From assembly GCA_038087875.1 (NCBI GenBank), contig CM075981.1:1488001-1552000 (forward strand): DNA of 64,000 bases, read 5' to 3'. The number at the start of each line of letters is the position of its first letter. Positions within the stretch are counted from its first letter, which is position 1. The notes under the pieces are model-generated. The model was not told the origin of the DNA, made no database searches, and was given only the letters and a program-made list of their open reading frames with translations. The translations under genes were made by a program, and so were the position numbers. Shown here piece after piece: positions 34,864 to 49,800 of this stretch. Source of the DNA: Malacoraja senta (lineage: Eukaryota).

Positions 34864-37800
34864 GTGAGTGAAAGCCAGATCCTGATATTCCAATGATCAA
34901 TGTTATTTGGCGTCCCATGCACCCTTTTCACAGCAGAGATAGTTAAGTATGTGTAGACATGTAATGGGGGAGGTGCAACTCAGTGCATTGTGGTGATGGA
35001 TCTGAAATCACATTTGAATATCTAGACTGTGTTCGTACTTTAACCACTGTTGACACTTGGTCTAATTGCATCCTGATGATAGTTTATAGGCATAAAATAG
35101 CAAATGAATTTAGAGCAGATACTCCAAGATACCTGGACCGGACATAGGTTGCAGCATCACCAGGAAGTTAATTCTACACTTTTAAAATGTGTTTACAACT
35201 GAGGGGGGAGTCGGGATTGTGGACTCATTGTGTCAGTTCAAATAGTCCCTGCATTTGTCCAACTCAACTCTGTCGCAAACCCAACAATCCCCCGGAGTCT
35301 GAGACTGAACCACTGTCCTCGCTCTATCCACCTACCCCCAACTCTCTCTCCATCCTCTTTCCAATCCGCAACCCAGTCGCGCTGAAATGCAAGTTCAGTT
35401 TATTGTCACGTGTACCGAGGTACAGTGAAAAGCTTTTTCTTGCGTGCTAACCAGCCAGATACATGATTATAATCGATCCTCTTACAGTGCATAGATGCAT
35501 GAAAGGGAAATAAAGTTTAGTGTAAGGTAAAGCCAGCGAAGTCCGATCAAGGGTAGTCCGAGGGTCTCCAAAGAGGTAGATAGTTCAGCACTGCTCTCTG
35601 GTTGTGGTAGGATGATTCCGATGTCTGAGTACAACTGCGAAGGAACTGTCCCCGAATCTGGCGGTGTGCGTTTTCACGTTAGTAACGCTCTCCGGTAATG
35701 TACCCGCTTTATTGTAGTTCGTCCGTCCTCTGTGTCCTCAGTCAGGGCTTTGTAAAGGCAGTGGCGGCGGTGAATGTCTAAACACGGGTCCGCCTTTCCG
35801 CGGCCGGGTGGGACTACAGGGGTACCAGGCGCTGTCCGCGGGCACCTGGGGGATTTCCAGGACATCTGGGCACCGCCTGGGGTTGAATACATCCTTGACA
35901 AGTATTGTAACATAGTTGTATAGTTGTTTATTTCGTTTATTTGTTTCTCTTGTATTATGGTGGTGGGTTCTGTTTTGTTTTATTGTATCGTAAATATTAT
36001 TTTCAATAATTAAATAAATTATTTGATAATATTTAAAAAAAACACGGGTCCGGCCCAGTGTCGGTTGAGAGATGAATGTTGGCAGCGCAGCCGGCGGCAC
36101 CGCCAATTAAATAGCAAAGTGGGTGCTATTTAATTAAATAGCCTGTGATTGTTGGAAGGCAGCTCCTGCAACACTGCCGCGCTCCCTCCGAACCGCACTG
36201 CGATCCCAGCCCAGTTTCTGCTCAGGGATCTGGAGTGGGAAGTGAACCCAAATTGTACTGACCCGCGGACAGAACATTGACACAACTGGTACAATAACAG
36301 CACTGTCTGCACTTCAGACCGGAGACATTGGTCGTGAAGCAATATGACACATTATGGAACGTTTTACGTTTTCTTTCATGTAATCTTCAAAATGTATCAA
36401 TTCTGGGTAAATATTTTTAGTATAATATCTAAAGTGACCAGCACACAAGTGGACCCCGATCCAAAATTTATAATACTCGGAACATCAGAATTAAATCAAA
36501 CATTTACAACAACACAAAGAAACGTTATTGATTATAGTATAATAACAGGGAAAAAATTAATTCTAAAATTTTGGAAAGGCCCTACGGCCCCCACAATCAA
36601 AATGTGGATTATAGAAATGACGGAGACCTTAAACGAGGAAAGAATCAGATTTTCCCTGTTGGACAAACAGGAATTATTCGTTGGAACATGGTCTCCCTTT
36701 ATTGATTATTTAAAAGGTCAGAATGGTTCAGCACGGGAACATGACTAATGCTCGGGCTAAAGAATGGATGAAATGTTATACTCTGAAATGTACGAATATA
36801 TCTCGAATGAAGTTTTTTATTTTAATAATTTTTTCCATTCTTCTTTAACTATCTTTCTCTTTTTTTTTTTGTTTTGTTTTTTTGTTGTTGTTTTTTTTGT
36901 TTGTTTTTTTTCTCTTTTTCTTCTCTCTCTTTTCTTTCTTTAGTTCATCTATCTTTTTAGTTCTATCTAGTTTTTTTTTTAATTTAAAAGACAAAAGGTA
37001 TTGGAGACAATGTAATAATAATGGATAATATTATCAATTTAAAAATGTAAGACTGTAATGATGTTAATAGGTTATGTACTTATGTCCAATAAAAAATATT
37101 TTCAAAAAAAAACAAAATGTATCAATTACCATTAAACAGTTAATTTGCTCTCCATCTGAAAGTTTCTCCGCTCAGTTTCAGGTGCAGTGTGGGCAAAGTG
37201 GGAAGTAAAAGGAGTTGTGGGAAGAGAGATCACAATCGATTGTCACTATGCAGCAGAGTACCGCTCACACACAAAATACTGGTGCCGTGGGAGCAGTCGA
37301 CCGTGTAGAGTTTTAGTGGAAACAAATGGGCAACACGGACGGAGTGGAAGAGTGTCAATCACAGATAACCCGGCACGAGGAATATTTACTGTGACTGTGG
37401 AGGATCTTCACTCTGAAGATACAGGATGGTACAGCTGTGGAATTACAACATCAGCCGACCATCCAATATTTAACGTTTTACTCGAAGTATCTGACGGTAT
37501 GTTTCGCAGTGAATGACTTGACGTCTCCAGCAGAAAGACAATACAGGATTCCAATCGACCCTCTTACAGTGCATAGATACATGAAAAGGAAATTACGTTT
37601 AGTGTAAGGCGAATCCAGCAAAGTCCGATCAAGGGTAGTCCGAGGGTCATCAAAGAGATAGATAGTTCCGCACTACTCTCTGGATGTGGTAGGATGATTC
37701 AGATGCCTGACAAGAGCTGTGAAGAAATTGTCCCCGAATCTGGCGGTGTGCGTGTTTACGCTAGTAACGCTCTCTGGTAAGGGACCTGGAGGTGGGTGGT

Positions 37801-40800
37801 GAGTGGGCGAGTGGTGAGTGGGTGAGTGGTTGGGTGAGTTGGGCAGATGCATGGCAGATGAAGTTTAATGTGGATAAATGTGAGTTTATCCACTTTAGTA
37901 GCAAAATCAGGAAGGCAGATTATTATCTGAATGTTGTCAGGTTGGGAAAAGGGGAAGTACAAAGAGATCTGGGGGTCATTGTTCATCACTCACTGAAAGT
38001 AAGCATGCAGGTACAGCAGGCAGTGAAGAAAGCTAGTGGCATGTTGACCGTAATAACAAGAGGAGTTGAGTACAGGAGCAAAGAGGTCCTTCTGCAGTTG
38101 TACATGGCCCCAGTGAGACCACACCTGGATTATTGTTTGCAGTTTTGATCTCCAAATTTGAGGAAGGACCTTCTTGCTATCGAGGGAGTGCAGTGTATGT
38201 TGAGGGAGTGCAACAAGGTTAATTCCCGGGATGGCGGGACTGTCATGTGTTGATTGAATGGTGCGGCTGCGCTTGTATACTCTGGAATTTAGAAGGATGA
38301 GATGGGATCTTATTGAAAAATATAAGATTATTAAGGGATTGGACACGCGAGAGGCAGGAAACATTGTCCCGATATTAAGAATAATGGATAGGCCATTTAG
38401 AACGGAGATGAGGAAAAACTTTTTCACGCAGAGAGTTGTGAATCTGTGGAATTATCTGCCTCAGAAGGCAGTGGAGGCCGATTCACTGGATGCATTCAAA
38501 AGAGAGTTAGATAGAGCGCTTTGGGCTAGCGGAATCAAGGGGTATGGGGAAAGGCAGGTACGGGTTACTGATTCTGGATGATCAGCCATGAACACATTGA
38601 ATGGCGGTGCAATATGACACATCATGGAACGATTTAAGTTTTCTTGCATGTTTTCTTCAAAATGTATCTATTTCCATTAAAAAGTTCATTTGTTCTCCAT
38701 CTGAAAGTTTCTCCCCTCCATTTCAGCTGCAGTGTGGGGAGAGACGTATGTAAGAGGAGTTGTGGGAAGAGCGATCACAATCTATTGTCAATATGAAGCA
38801 GAGTATCGCTCACACACAAAATACTGGTGCCGTGTGCAGAATCGCCAATGTACAGATATGGTGGAAACAAATGGGCAACACGGACGGAGTGGAAGAATGT
38901 CATTCACAGATAACTCGGCACGAGGAATATTTACTTTGACTGTGGAGGATCTTCACTCTGGAGATACAGGATGGTACAGGTGTGGAATTACAACATCTAA
39001 CGGCCGTTCAATGTTAAACGTAGAACTCCAAGTATCTGACGGTACGTTTCTCAGCGATTGACTTGTCGTCTCCACTGAAAAGCCTGATCTATGTTTTCTC
39101 CGGGAAGGGTCAGGGCAGCACCGATATCCCGAGGCTCCGCAGCAGTGCAGAGCCATGCGGGGAGCGGGCGCGGGTCGGGAAACCGCACTCATTTTGCTCT
39201 CACCCTGAGCGGGCTCTGCCCCACTGAGCCGCCACCCACTTAGAAACATAGAAACATAGAAAATAGGTGCAGGAGGAGGCCATTCGGCCCTTCGAGCCAG
39301 CACCACCATTCATTGCGATCATGGCTGATCGTCCCCAATCAATAACCTGTGCCTGCCTTCTCCCCATATCCCTTGATTCCACTAGACCCTGGAGCTCTAT
39401 CTGACTCTCTCTTAAATCCATCCAGTGATTTGGCCTCCACTGCCCTCTGTGGCAGGGAATGCACAAATTCACAACACTCTGGGTGAAAACGTTTTTTCTC
39501 ACCTCAGTCTTAAATGGCCTCCCCTTTATTCTAAGACTGTGGCCCCTGGATCTGGACTCGCCCAACATTGGGAACATTTTTCCTGCATCTAGCTTGTCCA
39601 GTCCTTTTATAATGTTATGTGTTTCTATAAGATCCCCCCTCATCCTTCTAAACTCCAGCGAATACAAGCCTAGTCTTTTCAATCTTTCCTCATAAGACAG
39701 TCCCGCCATCCCAGGGATCAATCTCGTGAACCTATGCTGCACTGCCTCAATCACAAGGATGTCCTTCCACAAATTAGGAGACCAAAACTGTACGCAATAC
39801 TCCAGATGTGGTCTTTCCAGAGCCCTATACAACTGCAGAAGAACCTCTGTACTCCTATACTGAAATTCTCTTGTTATGAAGGCCAACATTCCATTAGCTT
39901 TCTTCACTGCCTGCTGTACCTGCAAGCCAACTTTCAGTGACCGGTGTACAAGGACACCCAGGTCTCGCTGCGCCTCCCCCTTACCTAACCTAACCCCGTT
40001 GTGATAATAATCTGCCCCCTTGTTTTTGCCACCAAAGTGGATAACCTCACATTTATCTATATTATACTGCCACGCATCTGCCCACTCACTCAACCTGTCC
40101 TGGTCATCCTGCAACCTGCTAACATCCTCTTCATAGTTCACACTGCCATCCAGCTTTGTGTCATCCGCAAACTTGCTAGTGTTGCTCCTAATTCCCTCTT
40201 CCAAATCATTAATATATATGGTAAACAGTTGCGGCCCCAACACCGAGCCATGCGGCACTCCATTCGCCACTGCCTGCCATTCTGAAAAGAACCCGTTCAC
40301 TCCTACTCTTTACTTCCTGTCTGCCAACCAATCTTCTATCCACGTCAACACCCTACCCCCAATACCATGCGCTCTAATTGTAGTCACCAGTCTCCCGGGC
40401 GGGTCTTTATCAAAGGCTTTCTGAAAGTCTAGATACACTACATGCACTGGCTCCCCTTCATCCATTTTACTTGTCACATCCTCAAAATAATCCAGAAGAT
40501 TAGTCAAGCATGATTTTCCTTTCATAAATCCATGCTGACTTGGACTAATACTTTTACTGCTATCCAAATGCCCCATTATTACCTCTTTAATAATTGACAC
40601 CAGCATCTTTCCCACCACCGAAGTCAGGCTAACTGGTCTGTAATTCCCCGTTTTCTCTCTCGCTCCTTTTTTGAAAAGTGGAATTTAACTTCTCTTTCAC
40701 TTCACATTTCCCTTCCTCTGAACTGTATGAAATGTCACCCTGTCAGAAGTTTGCATTCCGACTCAAAATAATAATCCGACAGATCAGTGAGAAACAAGTG

Positions 40801-43800
40801 TTGCTCGCGGTCTGAATACCCCGAGAGTTTTTAAAAAATCAGTCCCCAGAGCTCAATAGACTGCGATCAGTCCTCCCGGGGTAGGCCATCCCGCTTCCCG
40901 CCCCCACCTCAGGGACCAGTCATTCCCTCCCAAACCCCGCGCTCTCTCTCTCTCCCTCTGCCCGTCAATGCGCCCCCATCCCCAGCAGCCACTGTCCACC
41001 CACCGCCCGGCAGTCAGCCAACCTCTCCACCCGGACATTTCCCCGGTGTTAAGCAGAATAAACTCATCTTTCACCCCATCAGCCGTCGCACACAACACAT
41101 AATCCTCCAACATTTTCGCCACCTGCAACGGGATCCCACTACTAGACACATCTTTCCATCTCCACCGCTTTCTGCTTTCCGAAGAGACCGTTCCTTCCGT
41201 AACTCCCTGGTCAACGTCCATCCTTCCCCCCCAAAAAAACCCCATCCCCTCTCCAAGTACCTTCCCCGACAACTGCAGGAGATAGATCACCTGTCTCGAT
41301 ACCTCCTTCCTCTACTCCGTCCAAGGTCTCCAACAATCTTTTCGGGTGAGGATTGACTAGCATCTCCTTCAAGCTCACCTACTACATCCGCTGTTCCAGG
41401 TGTGATCTACTATATATCGGCTAGACCAAGCGCAGACTCGTCGATCGTTTCGCTGAATAACTCCGCTCAGTCTGCTTCGGCCGACGCTACTTCCCGATTG
41501 CTAAACACTTTAATTCCCCCTCCCATTCGCAAACCCAACTTTCTGTCCTGGACCTCCTCCACTATCCAACGTAAATAGGAGGAAAAGCACCCGGGCGACT
41601 TACAACCCATCGGTTTGAATATTGACTTCTCTAACTTCAAGGAACCCTTGCTTTACTCCTGTCCCCATCCCGCCACCATCCTAGCTCTCCAGTTAGTTGC
41701 ACAGTCACACTGATTTTATTTTACTTATTGTATGCCTCGTTGCCACCTTCCCTTCAGCTCACAATGATCCATTGTCCATTTTCTTTTCACCTTTGATCAC
41801 TTGTTTTCACACCTTACCTTTCCATTTATCTTCTGTCTCCCTGTCCCATGATTCTCAGGCTGAAGATGGGTCTCGACAGGAAACGTCACCCATTCCGTCT
41901 TTCGAGAGATGCTGCCTGCTCCGTTGCGTTACTCCAGAATTTTGTGTCTATCTTAAAGGGATCGTAAATTCGTTTTCCACAGCAGAGATGTTTAAGTGTG
42001 TGTAGACATGTAATGGGGGAAATGGAACTCGATGCATTGTGGTGATGGATCTGAAATCCCACTTGAATATCTAGACAATGTTCGTAGTTTAACCACTGTT
42101 GACACATGGTCGAATTGCATCCTGATGATAAATGAAAGGCTTAAAATAGCGAATGAATTTGAAGCAGATACTGCAAGACACCTGGACCGAAGGCGAGAGG
42201 TTCCAACGTCATCAGGAAGTTAATTCTACACTTTTAAAATGTGTTTACCAAGGAGGTGGAAGTCAGGATCGTGGACTCGTTGTGTCAGTTCAAACATTCC
42301 CAGCATTTGTCCGGCTCAACTCTGTCGCAAACCCAACAATTCCCCGGTGTCTGAGACTGAACCACTGTCCTCGCTCTATCCACCCACCCCAACTCTTTCT
42401 CCATCATCTCTCCAATCCGCGGCCCAGTCGTGCTGAATTGTCCAGGGCGAGCCGGGGTCATCGGGAATAAAACCTGTCCCAGATGAGCAGCGGGACATTG
42501 GGCTCACAATTCAGTTTAGTTTATTGTCACGAGTACCGAGGTACAGTGAATCTGGCGGTGTGTGTTTTCACGCTAGTAGCGTTCTCCAGCAAGGGACCCG
42601 CTTTATTGTAACCCGTCCGTACTCTGTCCTCAGTCAGGGCGTTGTAAACACAGTGGCTGCGGTGAATTTCTAAACACGGGTCCAGCCCAGTGTCGGTTGA
42701 GAGATGAATGCTGGCAGCGCCGACACTGAAATAGCAAAGTGGGGTATTTCTGTAGGGTGAGAGGCCTGGGATTGTTGAAAGGCACCGCCTGGGATTGTTG
42801 AAAGGCAGCTCCTGCAACACTGCCGCGCTCCCTCAGTACCGCACTGCGATCCCAGCCCAGTTTCTGCGCAGGGATCTGGAGTGGGAAGTGAACCCTAATT
42901 GTACTGACCCGGGGACAGAACACTGACACAACTTGTACAATAACAGCACTGCCTGCACTTCAGACCCGAGACATTGGCCGTGAAGCAAAATGACACATCA
43001 TGGAACGATTATGTTTTTCATGTAATCTTCAAAATGTATATATTTCCATTAAACAGTTCATTTGCTCTCCATCTGAAAGTTTTTCCCCTCCCTTTCAGCT
43101 GCAGTGTGGGGAGAGAGGAATTTAACAGGTGTTGTGGGAAGAGCCATCACAATCGATTGTCACTATGCAGCAGAGTACCGCTCACAGGCTAAATACTGGT
43201 GCCGTGGGCAGAGTCGCCAATGTACAGATATGGTGGAAACAAATGGGCAACACGGACGGAGTGGAAGGGTGTCAATCACCGATATACCGGCACTAAGAAT
43301 ATTTACTATGACTGTGGAAGATCTTCACTCTGGAGATACCGGATGGTACAGCTGTGGAATCACAGCACCTGCCGACCATTCAATGTTTAACGTATATCTC
43401 CAAGTATCTGACGGTACGATTCGTAGCGATTGACTTAATGTCTCCACTGAAAAGCCTGATCCATGTTTTCTCCGGGAAGGGTCAGGGCAGCACCGATATC
43501 TCGAGGCTCCGCAGCAGTGCAGAGGCCTGCGGGGAGCGGGCGAGGGTCGGGAAACCCCACTCATGTTTGCTCTCACCCAGTGCGGGTTCTGTCCCATTGA
43601 GCGGCCACCCACTTCAAGACACTCAACACATTTCCCTGCCTCTGAATTGTATGAAATATCACCCTGTCAGAGGTTTGCATTCCGACTCAAACTAATGATC
43701 CGACAGATCAGTGAGAAACAAGTGTTGCTCGCCGTCTGAATACCCGGAGAATCATAAACAGGGAATCAGTCCCCAGAGCTCCACAGACTGCGTTCAGTCC

Positions 43801-46800
43801 TCCCGGGGCAGGCCAGTCCGCTTCCCGCCCCCACCTTAGGAATCAGTCACCCCCTCCCCACCCCGTGCACTCTCTCTCTCTCCCTCTGCCCAGTAAATGC
43901 GCCCCCACTGCCAGCAGCCATTGTCCACCCACCGCCCGGCAGCTAGCCAGCCTCTGCTCCCGGACATTTCCCCGTTCGTAAGCAGAATAAACTCATCTTT
44001 CGCCCCATCAGCCGTCGCACACAGCATATATTCCTCCGACATTTGCGCCACCTACAACGGGATGCCACAACTAGTCACATCTTTCCATCTCCATCGCTTT
44101 TTGCGTTCCCTCCGCAACTCCCTGGTCAACTCGTCCCCCCCCCTCCCCCCGTCCCCAGGTACCTACCCCAACAACTGCAGGAGATGCAACACCAGTCACT
44201 ATATATCCCCCCCTTTACTCCGTCCATGGACCTCAACAGTCTTTTCGGGTGAGGCAGAGGTTCACTTGCATCTCCTCTAACCTCATCTACTCTATCCGCT
44301 GTTCCAGATGTGAACAAGCGGATATAGTAGATGGGAGACCAAGCGCAGACTCGGCGATCGTTTCGCTGAACAACTCCGCTCAGTCTGCCTCGGCCTACGC
44401 TACATCCCGATTGCTAAACACTTTTATTCCCCCTCCCATTCCCAAACTGATCTTTCCGTCCTGGACCTCCTCCAGTGTCAGAGTGAGGCCAAAGGCAAAT
44501 TGGAAAAACAGCGCCTCATATTTCGCTTGAGCAGCTTACAACCCAGCGGTTTGAATATTGACATCTCTAACTTCAAGTAACCCTTGCTTTACTCCTTTCC
44601 ATCCCGCCCCCATCCGAAACCTCCAATTAGATTCACCTTATAATATTTTACTGATTGTATGCCTCGTTGTCACCTTCCCTTCCGCTGACAATGATTCATT
44701 CTACATTTCCCTTTAACATTGTCACCTTTGATCACTTGTTTTAACATCTTACCCTTCCATTTCTCTTCTGTCACCCAGAACATGACTGTCAGGCTGGAGA
44801 AGGGTCTCGATCCGAAACTTCACCCACTCCTTCTCTCGAGAGATGCTGCCTGCTCCGCTGAGTTCCCCCAGCATTTTGTGTCTCTCTTAAAGCGATCGTA
44901 ATTAGTTTTCGCGATTAAATTACAAGGCATTGAATTGTGTTTTTGGCACGCTTGTCTTCATCAGTGAGAACATTCAGAATATAATTTGAGATAATATGCT
45001 TCAGACGTGCAGATGTTCAGTCCACACTTTGGGAATTGTGTTCCGCTTCAGTCACTCAGCTCCAAGAAAAGTTGAGATGGACAGCGTGCAGAAAGGTTAT
45101 AGGGCGACGTTGCCTAGACAGGATGGGATTGACGCAGGGAGCGATTGGACAAACTCAGACTTCATTCCTTAGTGTGGAAATGATTGAGAGAGGAACTTAT
45201 AGAAATGTAACAATCACGAGAAGCATGTTCATTTTCCCACGATGTGTGGAATCAAAAAGTGGAGGACAGAGGTAATGGGAACTATTTAAAGAGGAAGGAA
45301 TAGTAAGGTGCAATTGACCGTAATGGCATGTTTTGTACAGCTGAGTGGCGGAAGCTGAACACAATTCGCACAAGTTCGACCTCAACAACATATGTACAAC
45401 TGAAACATAACATCCAACATATGTTCTGAGGGACAACATTTCCACACATTGGGTAATATGTACATGGAACCTGCTGCCAGGGGAAGTTGTTGAGGCAGTT
45501 AGAATAGCAGCGTTTAAAATAAAGTTTGGATATTTGCGTAGATTGGGATCATTGCGAGTGATAAATGAGAAACGCGGACATATGGAAATGTCATAGAAAG
45601 ACATGTTGGTCGGCATTAATGAGCAGTTGTGATGGGCATCTTTCGGTTCTCTATAACTCTAACCTTCTTCGGTTTCTGCGCTTCGCACACTCCCAGAGAT
45701 GTAGATGAGCCGGTGAAGTATCACCGGACGGTTCGGGCTGAGATAAAGTGCTGCTGAGATTTAGCAAGTGTTTGGTTTTTAACAATTCATACAGGTGACT
45801 GAATATTTGCTCCATTCCCACAGAACCCATGTCTGCTCCTGTGCTCAGTTATCTGTCAGCAGCAAATTCCTCACGTCTTGGAGGCTCAGTGTCATTGTCC
45901 TGTGAGTCTCTCCGTGGATCCCTTCCCATCCATTACACATGGTTTGAGAAGGACGAGCATTGGGTTTCTACGATCTTGAAAGGCAATCAACTGGATCTGA
46001 GTTGTGAAATCCTCAGTGGTGAACACCTTCGATATTACTGCACAGCCGCAAATAATCGTGGGACAAAATCCAGTGAAATAGTCACGGTGAAAGTCTATAA
46101 AGGAGCAGGAACGTGCAGTTATGTGACAGAAATGAACAATGCAGGTGAGTGTTCCTCTCATGTCCCTGAACCTGCTGCTATTCACCTTGTGGTGATGTTC
46201 ATGGATTTCTTGTTATTTGCAGACGGCATCATTGCAGCCACCGTGATCTCATGGTGTAAAATGCGAGAGTTTGTTTGGGGGACTGGCAAATAATTGCCCG
46301 TAGCTTCCACCATGGAGGTGTTGCGCAATTTCAGCAAAGGAGAGAAAGACATGCACTTGTCACAAAGGGTTGAGTGCACTCCATCAAATGTCTGCCTTCT
46401 GCCTTAAAAATGCCGCTTGGCTGCCGCTTAAGGTCTCACAGTCACTTTGAGACATTGTAAGCAACCAAATGCATTCTGTTTGGATCCGCCATCATTTACA
46501 ATCAAGGATGTACAATTTCATGATCATGTTCATGATTTTAACTGTTAATTTGTGTTAAACTCCAGTAATATCACTAAATTAAATTGTAATCTACTTGGCC
46601 GTCACTCCATCAAGTATAACCCTTACTTTTGTCAAAGAGAATTTTGAAATGAACTCCCATTAGGTGTGGAGACGTTCAGATTGGAAGTCCAGAATAGAGT
46701 GTGAATGGTTTACATCAGAGAGACCAAGCTTATACAATGCCAGCGTTTCTTAAACTATTTCAGTGCCATTCACCCTTGAGTCTTTATTACAATATTTAAT

Positions 46801-49800
46801 TCACCCTCCACCAAATATTCTTATGTTTTTTTTGGTTATTATCATCTTATTTTCACTTCTGCATAATTTTATATATAATTTATTTTGTCACATGAGCAAA
46901 ACACATGAATTAACTCATTCACCCCAAAATAATTTCATTCACCCTTGGGTAAACCATTCATCAGTTTAAGAAGCACTGGCCGAGGCTACAATTTCGCCGA
47001 ACACTTGTGTTTGTTCTGTCATGACCCAGAGTCGTACTTGATAGACACCCGGTTGATGCAGAGCAGCAGCAGTTTGCACCATCTGCACGATGCACTGCAG
47101 CAACTCACCAAGATTCCCAAGACATTACCTTCCAATTGCAACAGGCTTCGTGTTCAATGCATCATTATTCACCATTCACACCCACATTGGCTGGGAAGCG
47201 CTTTGGAACGACCTGTGCAGATGGTGAGGGACGGTGTACAGTATCTGTCTCTCATCGCAATCTAGGTGGAATTCAACAGTGTTAAGAAAATCATTGGGCG
47301 GACGCCCCTGTATACATTGATGTATACTATAATGTATATGTTTGTGAAAGGCTAATTTTGCTCTTCAATCTATGAAAGAATTTTCCTTCAGTTTCAGGTG
47401 CACTGTGGGCAGAGAGCGAAGTACGAGCGGTTGTGGGAAGAGCGATCTCAATCGATTGTCACTATGCAGCAGTGTACCGCTCACACACAAAATACTGGTG
47501 CCCTGGGACAAGTCGCCAGTGTACACATATAGTGGAAACAAATGGGAAACAAGGACAGAGCGGAAGAGTGTCAATCACAGATAACCCGGCACGAGGAATA
47601 TTTACTGTGACTGTGGAGGATCTTCACTCTGGAGATACAGGATGGTACAGATGTGGAATTATTACACCTGGCGAACCAACATTTAAAGTACATCTCCAAG
47701 TATCTGAAGGTAGGTTTCTCAGTGAGTGACTTCATGTCTCGACTTTGGCATCTGCATAAAACATTTGTTGGGTCACATATGGGAGTCTGGTGCACAGTTC
47801 TGGTCCCCGCTTTATAAAACAAAAGATGTGAAAGGTTTGGAGAGGTTACAGAAAAATGTCACCGGGATATTTAGTTGGAGGTTACAAATGCAACATGGAA
47901 ACGGATCCTTCGGCCCACCGAGTCCACACCGACTAGCGATCACCGGTCGCACTAGTTCTATGTTATTCCACTTTCCCATTCGCTCCCTACACATAATTCT
48001 ACAATACCGCCATTCTCACACCTCATTAGTGCAACATTATCACTATCAACAAGTTTATACAAGGAAATTTAAGAGTTGTTGATATTGACACTGTTGCACT
48101 AATGAAGTGTTTGAATGTTGGTATTGTAGAATTGTGGCAGAGTTTCAGATTAAAAGAAGATTAACTGCAGATGCTGGAAATATAAAACAAAGACAGATGG
48201 TGCTGCTGTGTATTGGTACAGTGGCAGACATGGTAGTTCTGCCAGCTGGGTGGATGGAGAGACACAGAGATGTTCAAATCTGATAAATTGTGAGGAGAAG
48301 GAGCAGAGAAGACTTACAAGGATGTTGTGATGACTTGAGGGCCTGACATACAGGGAGGGATTGAGCAGATTAGGACTTTATTTCTTGGAGCGCAGGAGGA
48401 TGAGGGATGATCTCATGGCAGGTAAAAAATCATGCGAGGAATAGATCGAGTTAATACACAGAGTCTTTTGCTCAGAGTAGGGGAATCGAGAACCGGAGGA
48501 CATGGTTTTAATATGAGGGGGGAATGATTTAACAGGAACCTGGGGAGTAACGTATTTTACACAAAGGTTGGTAGGCACATGAAACGAACTGCAGACAGAA
48601 GAAGTTATGGCAGGTACTATCGTAACATTTAATAAAATATTGGACAGGTACACGAATATGATATGTTTAGTGGGTTAAGGGCCAAGAAAGGGCAGGTGGA
48701 ACTCGTGTAGATTGGGCGTGTTGGTCAGCGCAGGCAAGTGAGACCGAAGGGCCTGTTTCTATGCTGTATGGCTATGATTCTATGTAGATGGATGGGTCAG
48801 ATTCCAACCTGGCGGCTCTGGCTAAGATACAGAGATGGTGGATATTGGCGAGTGGTTGATTTTCAGATGTTCACCCAGTGTCTGACAGTTTGCTCCTTAC
48901 CCACAGAACTCGTGTCTGTTCCTGTGCTTGGATTCCTGTCACCAGTCAACGACTCCTGTCTCGGGGGCTCAGTGACAGTGTCCTGTGAGGCGGTCAGTGG
49001 ATCACCGCCCATTAGCTACAGCTGGTATGAAAAGACCCTACCTGTGGATTCAAAGATCTCAGACCAAAATGCCTTGGATCTACATTGTCAATCCTTCAAA
49101 CACCAGCACCATCAATATTACTGCACAGCCTCCAATATTAATGGAACAAAATCCAGTGAAATGGTCAACGTGTCCATCTCCAGCAGTGACGTGCCCTGTA
49201 GTTTTCTAGTGAAAATCAACGGCACTGGTAAGTAGTGGAGGGAATGAGGAGAAGAAGGGGAAGTGGGGTGGGGCGGTTTATATGATCACAAGTGATAGAA
49301 GCAGAAATAGACCATTCAATCATGGCTGATCTATCTTCACCTCTTCATCCCATTCTCCTGTCTTCTCCACATAATCCCCGACACCCTGAAATCCATGCAC
49401 GTTATTTAATGAACATCAATATTAAAATGATAGAATTATGGCCCATTTGTCAATACTTGGTTGCTGGGCTCCAGGAATAGATTCCCCAGTGCTGGTGTAG
49501 GGCAGATTCCTGGCTAGAACCTCCTCTTATGTTTACACAGTTTTAAACTAGGTTTGCAGTTACATCATTCCAAGCACTTTCACTTTCCTGCCATAATCTC
49601 CGCATGACCGACACTCAAAAATGGGAAGGGAACAGAAATTATCCGTAAATATGGCCGCAGTTAACTCCTAGACTATATCAGCTTTGGTCCACTGTGTTAA
49701 TGTTGACCATTCAGCACCATCGATACTAATCCCATTTACCATCCCCTCACCCACAGTCTTCTCAGACTTGACAATTCATGTGTCTTCACCATCTAGGTTT

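Larger units (their letters stand above)
1..35000 (+). repeat. ~22.56 kb tandem segmental duplication (1-~12400 vs 22574-~34950 near-identical; continues at lower identity into gene 3)
   Basis: Identical ORF series recurs at offset 22573. The offset changes to 22556 after a 16-nt deletion near 6826-6841 and a 1-nt poly-C difference near 6980. Confidence 0.95.
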
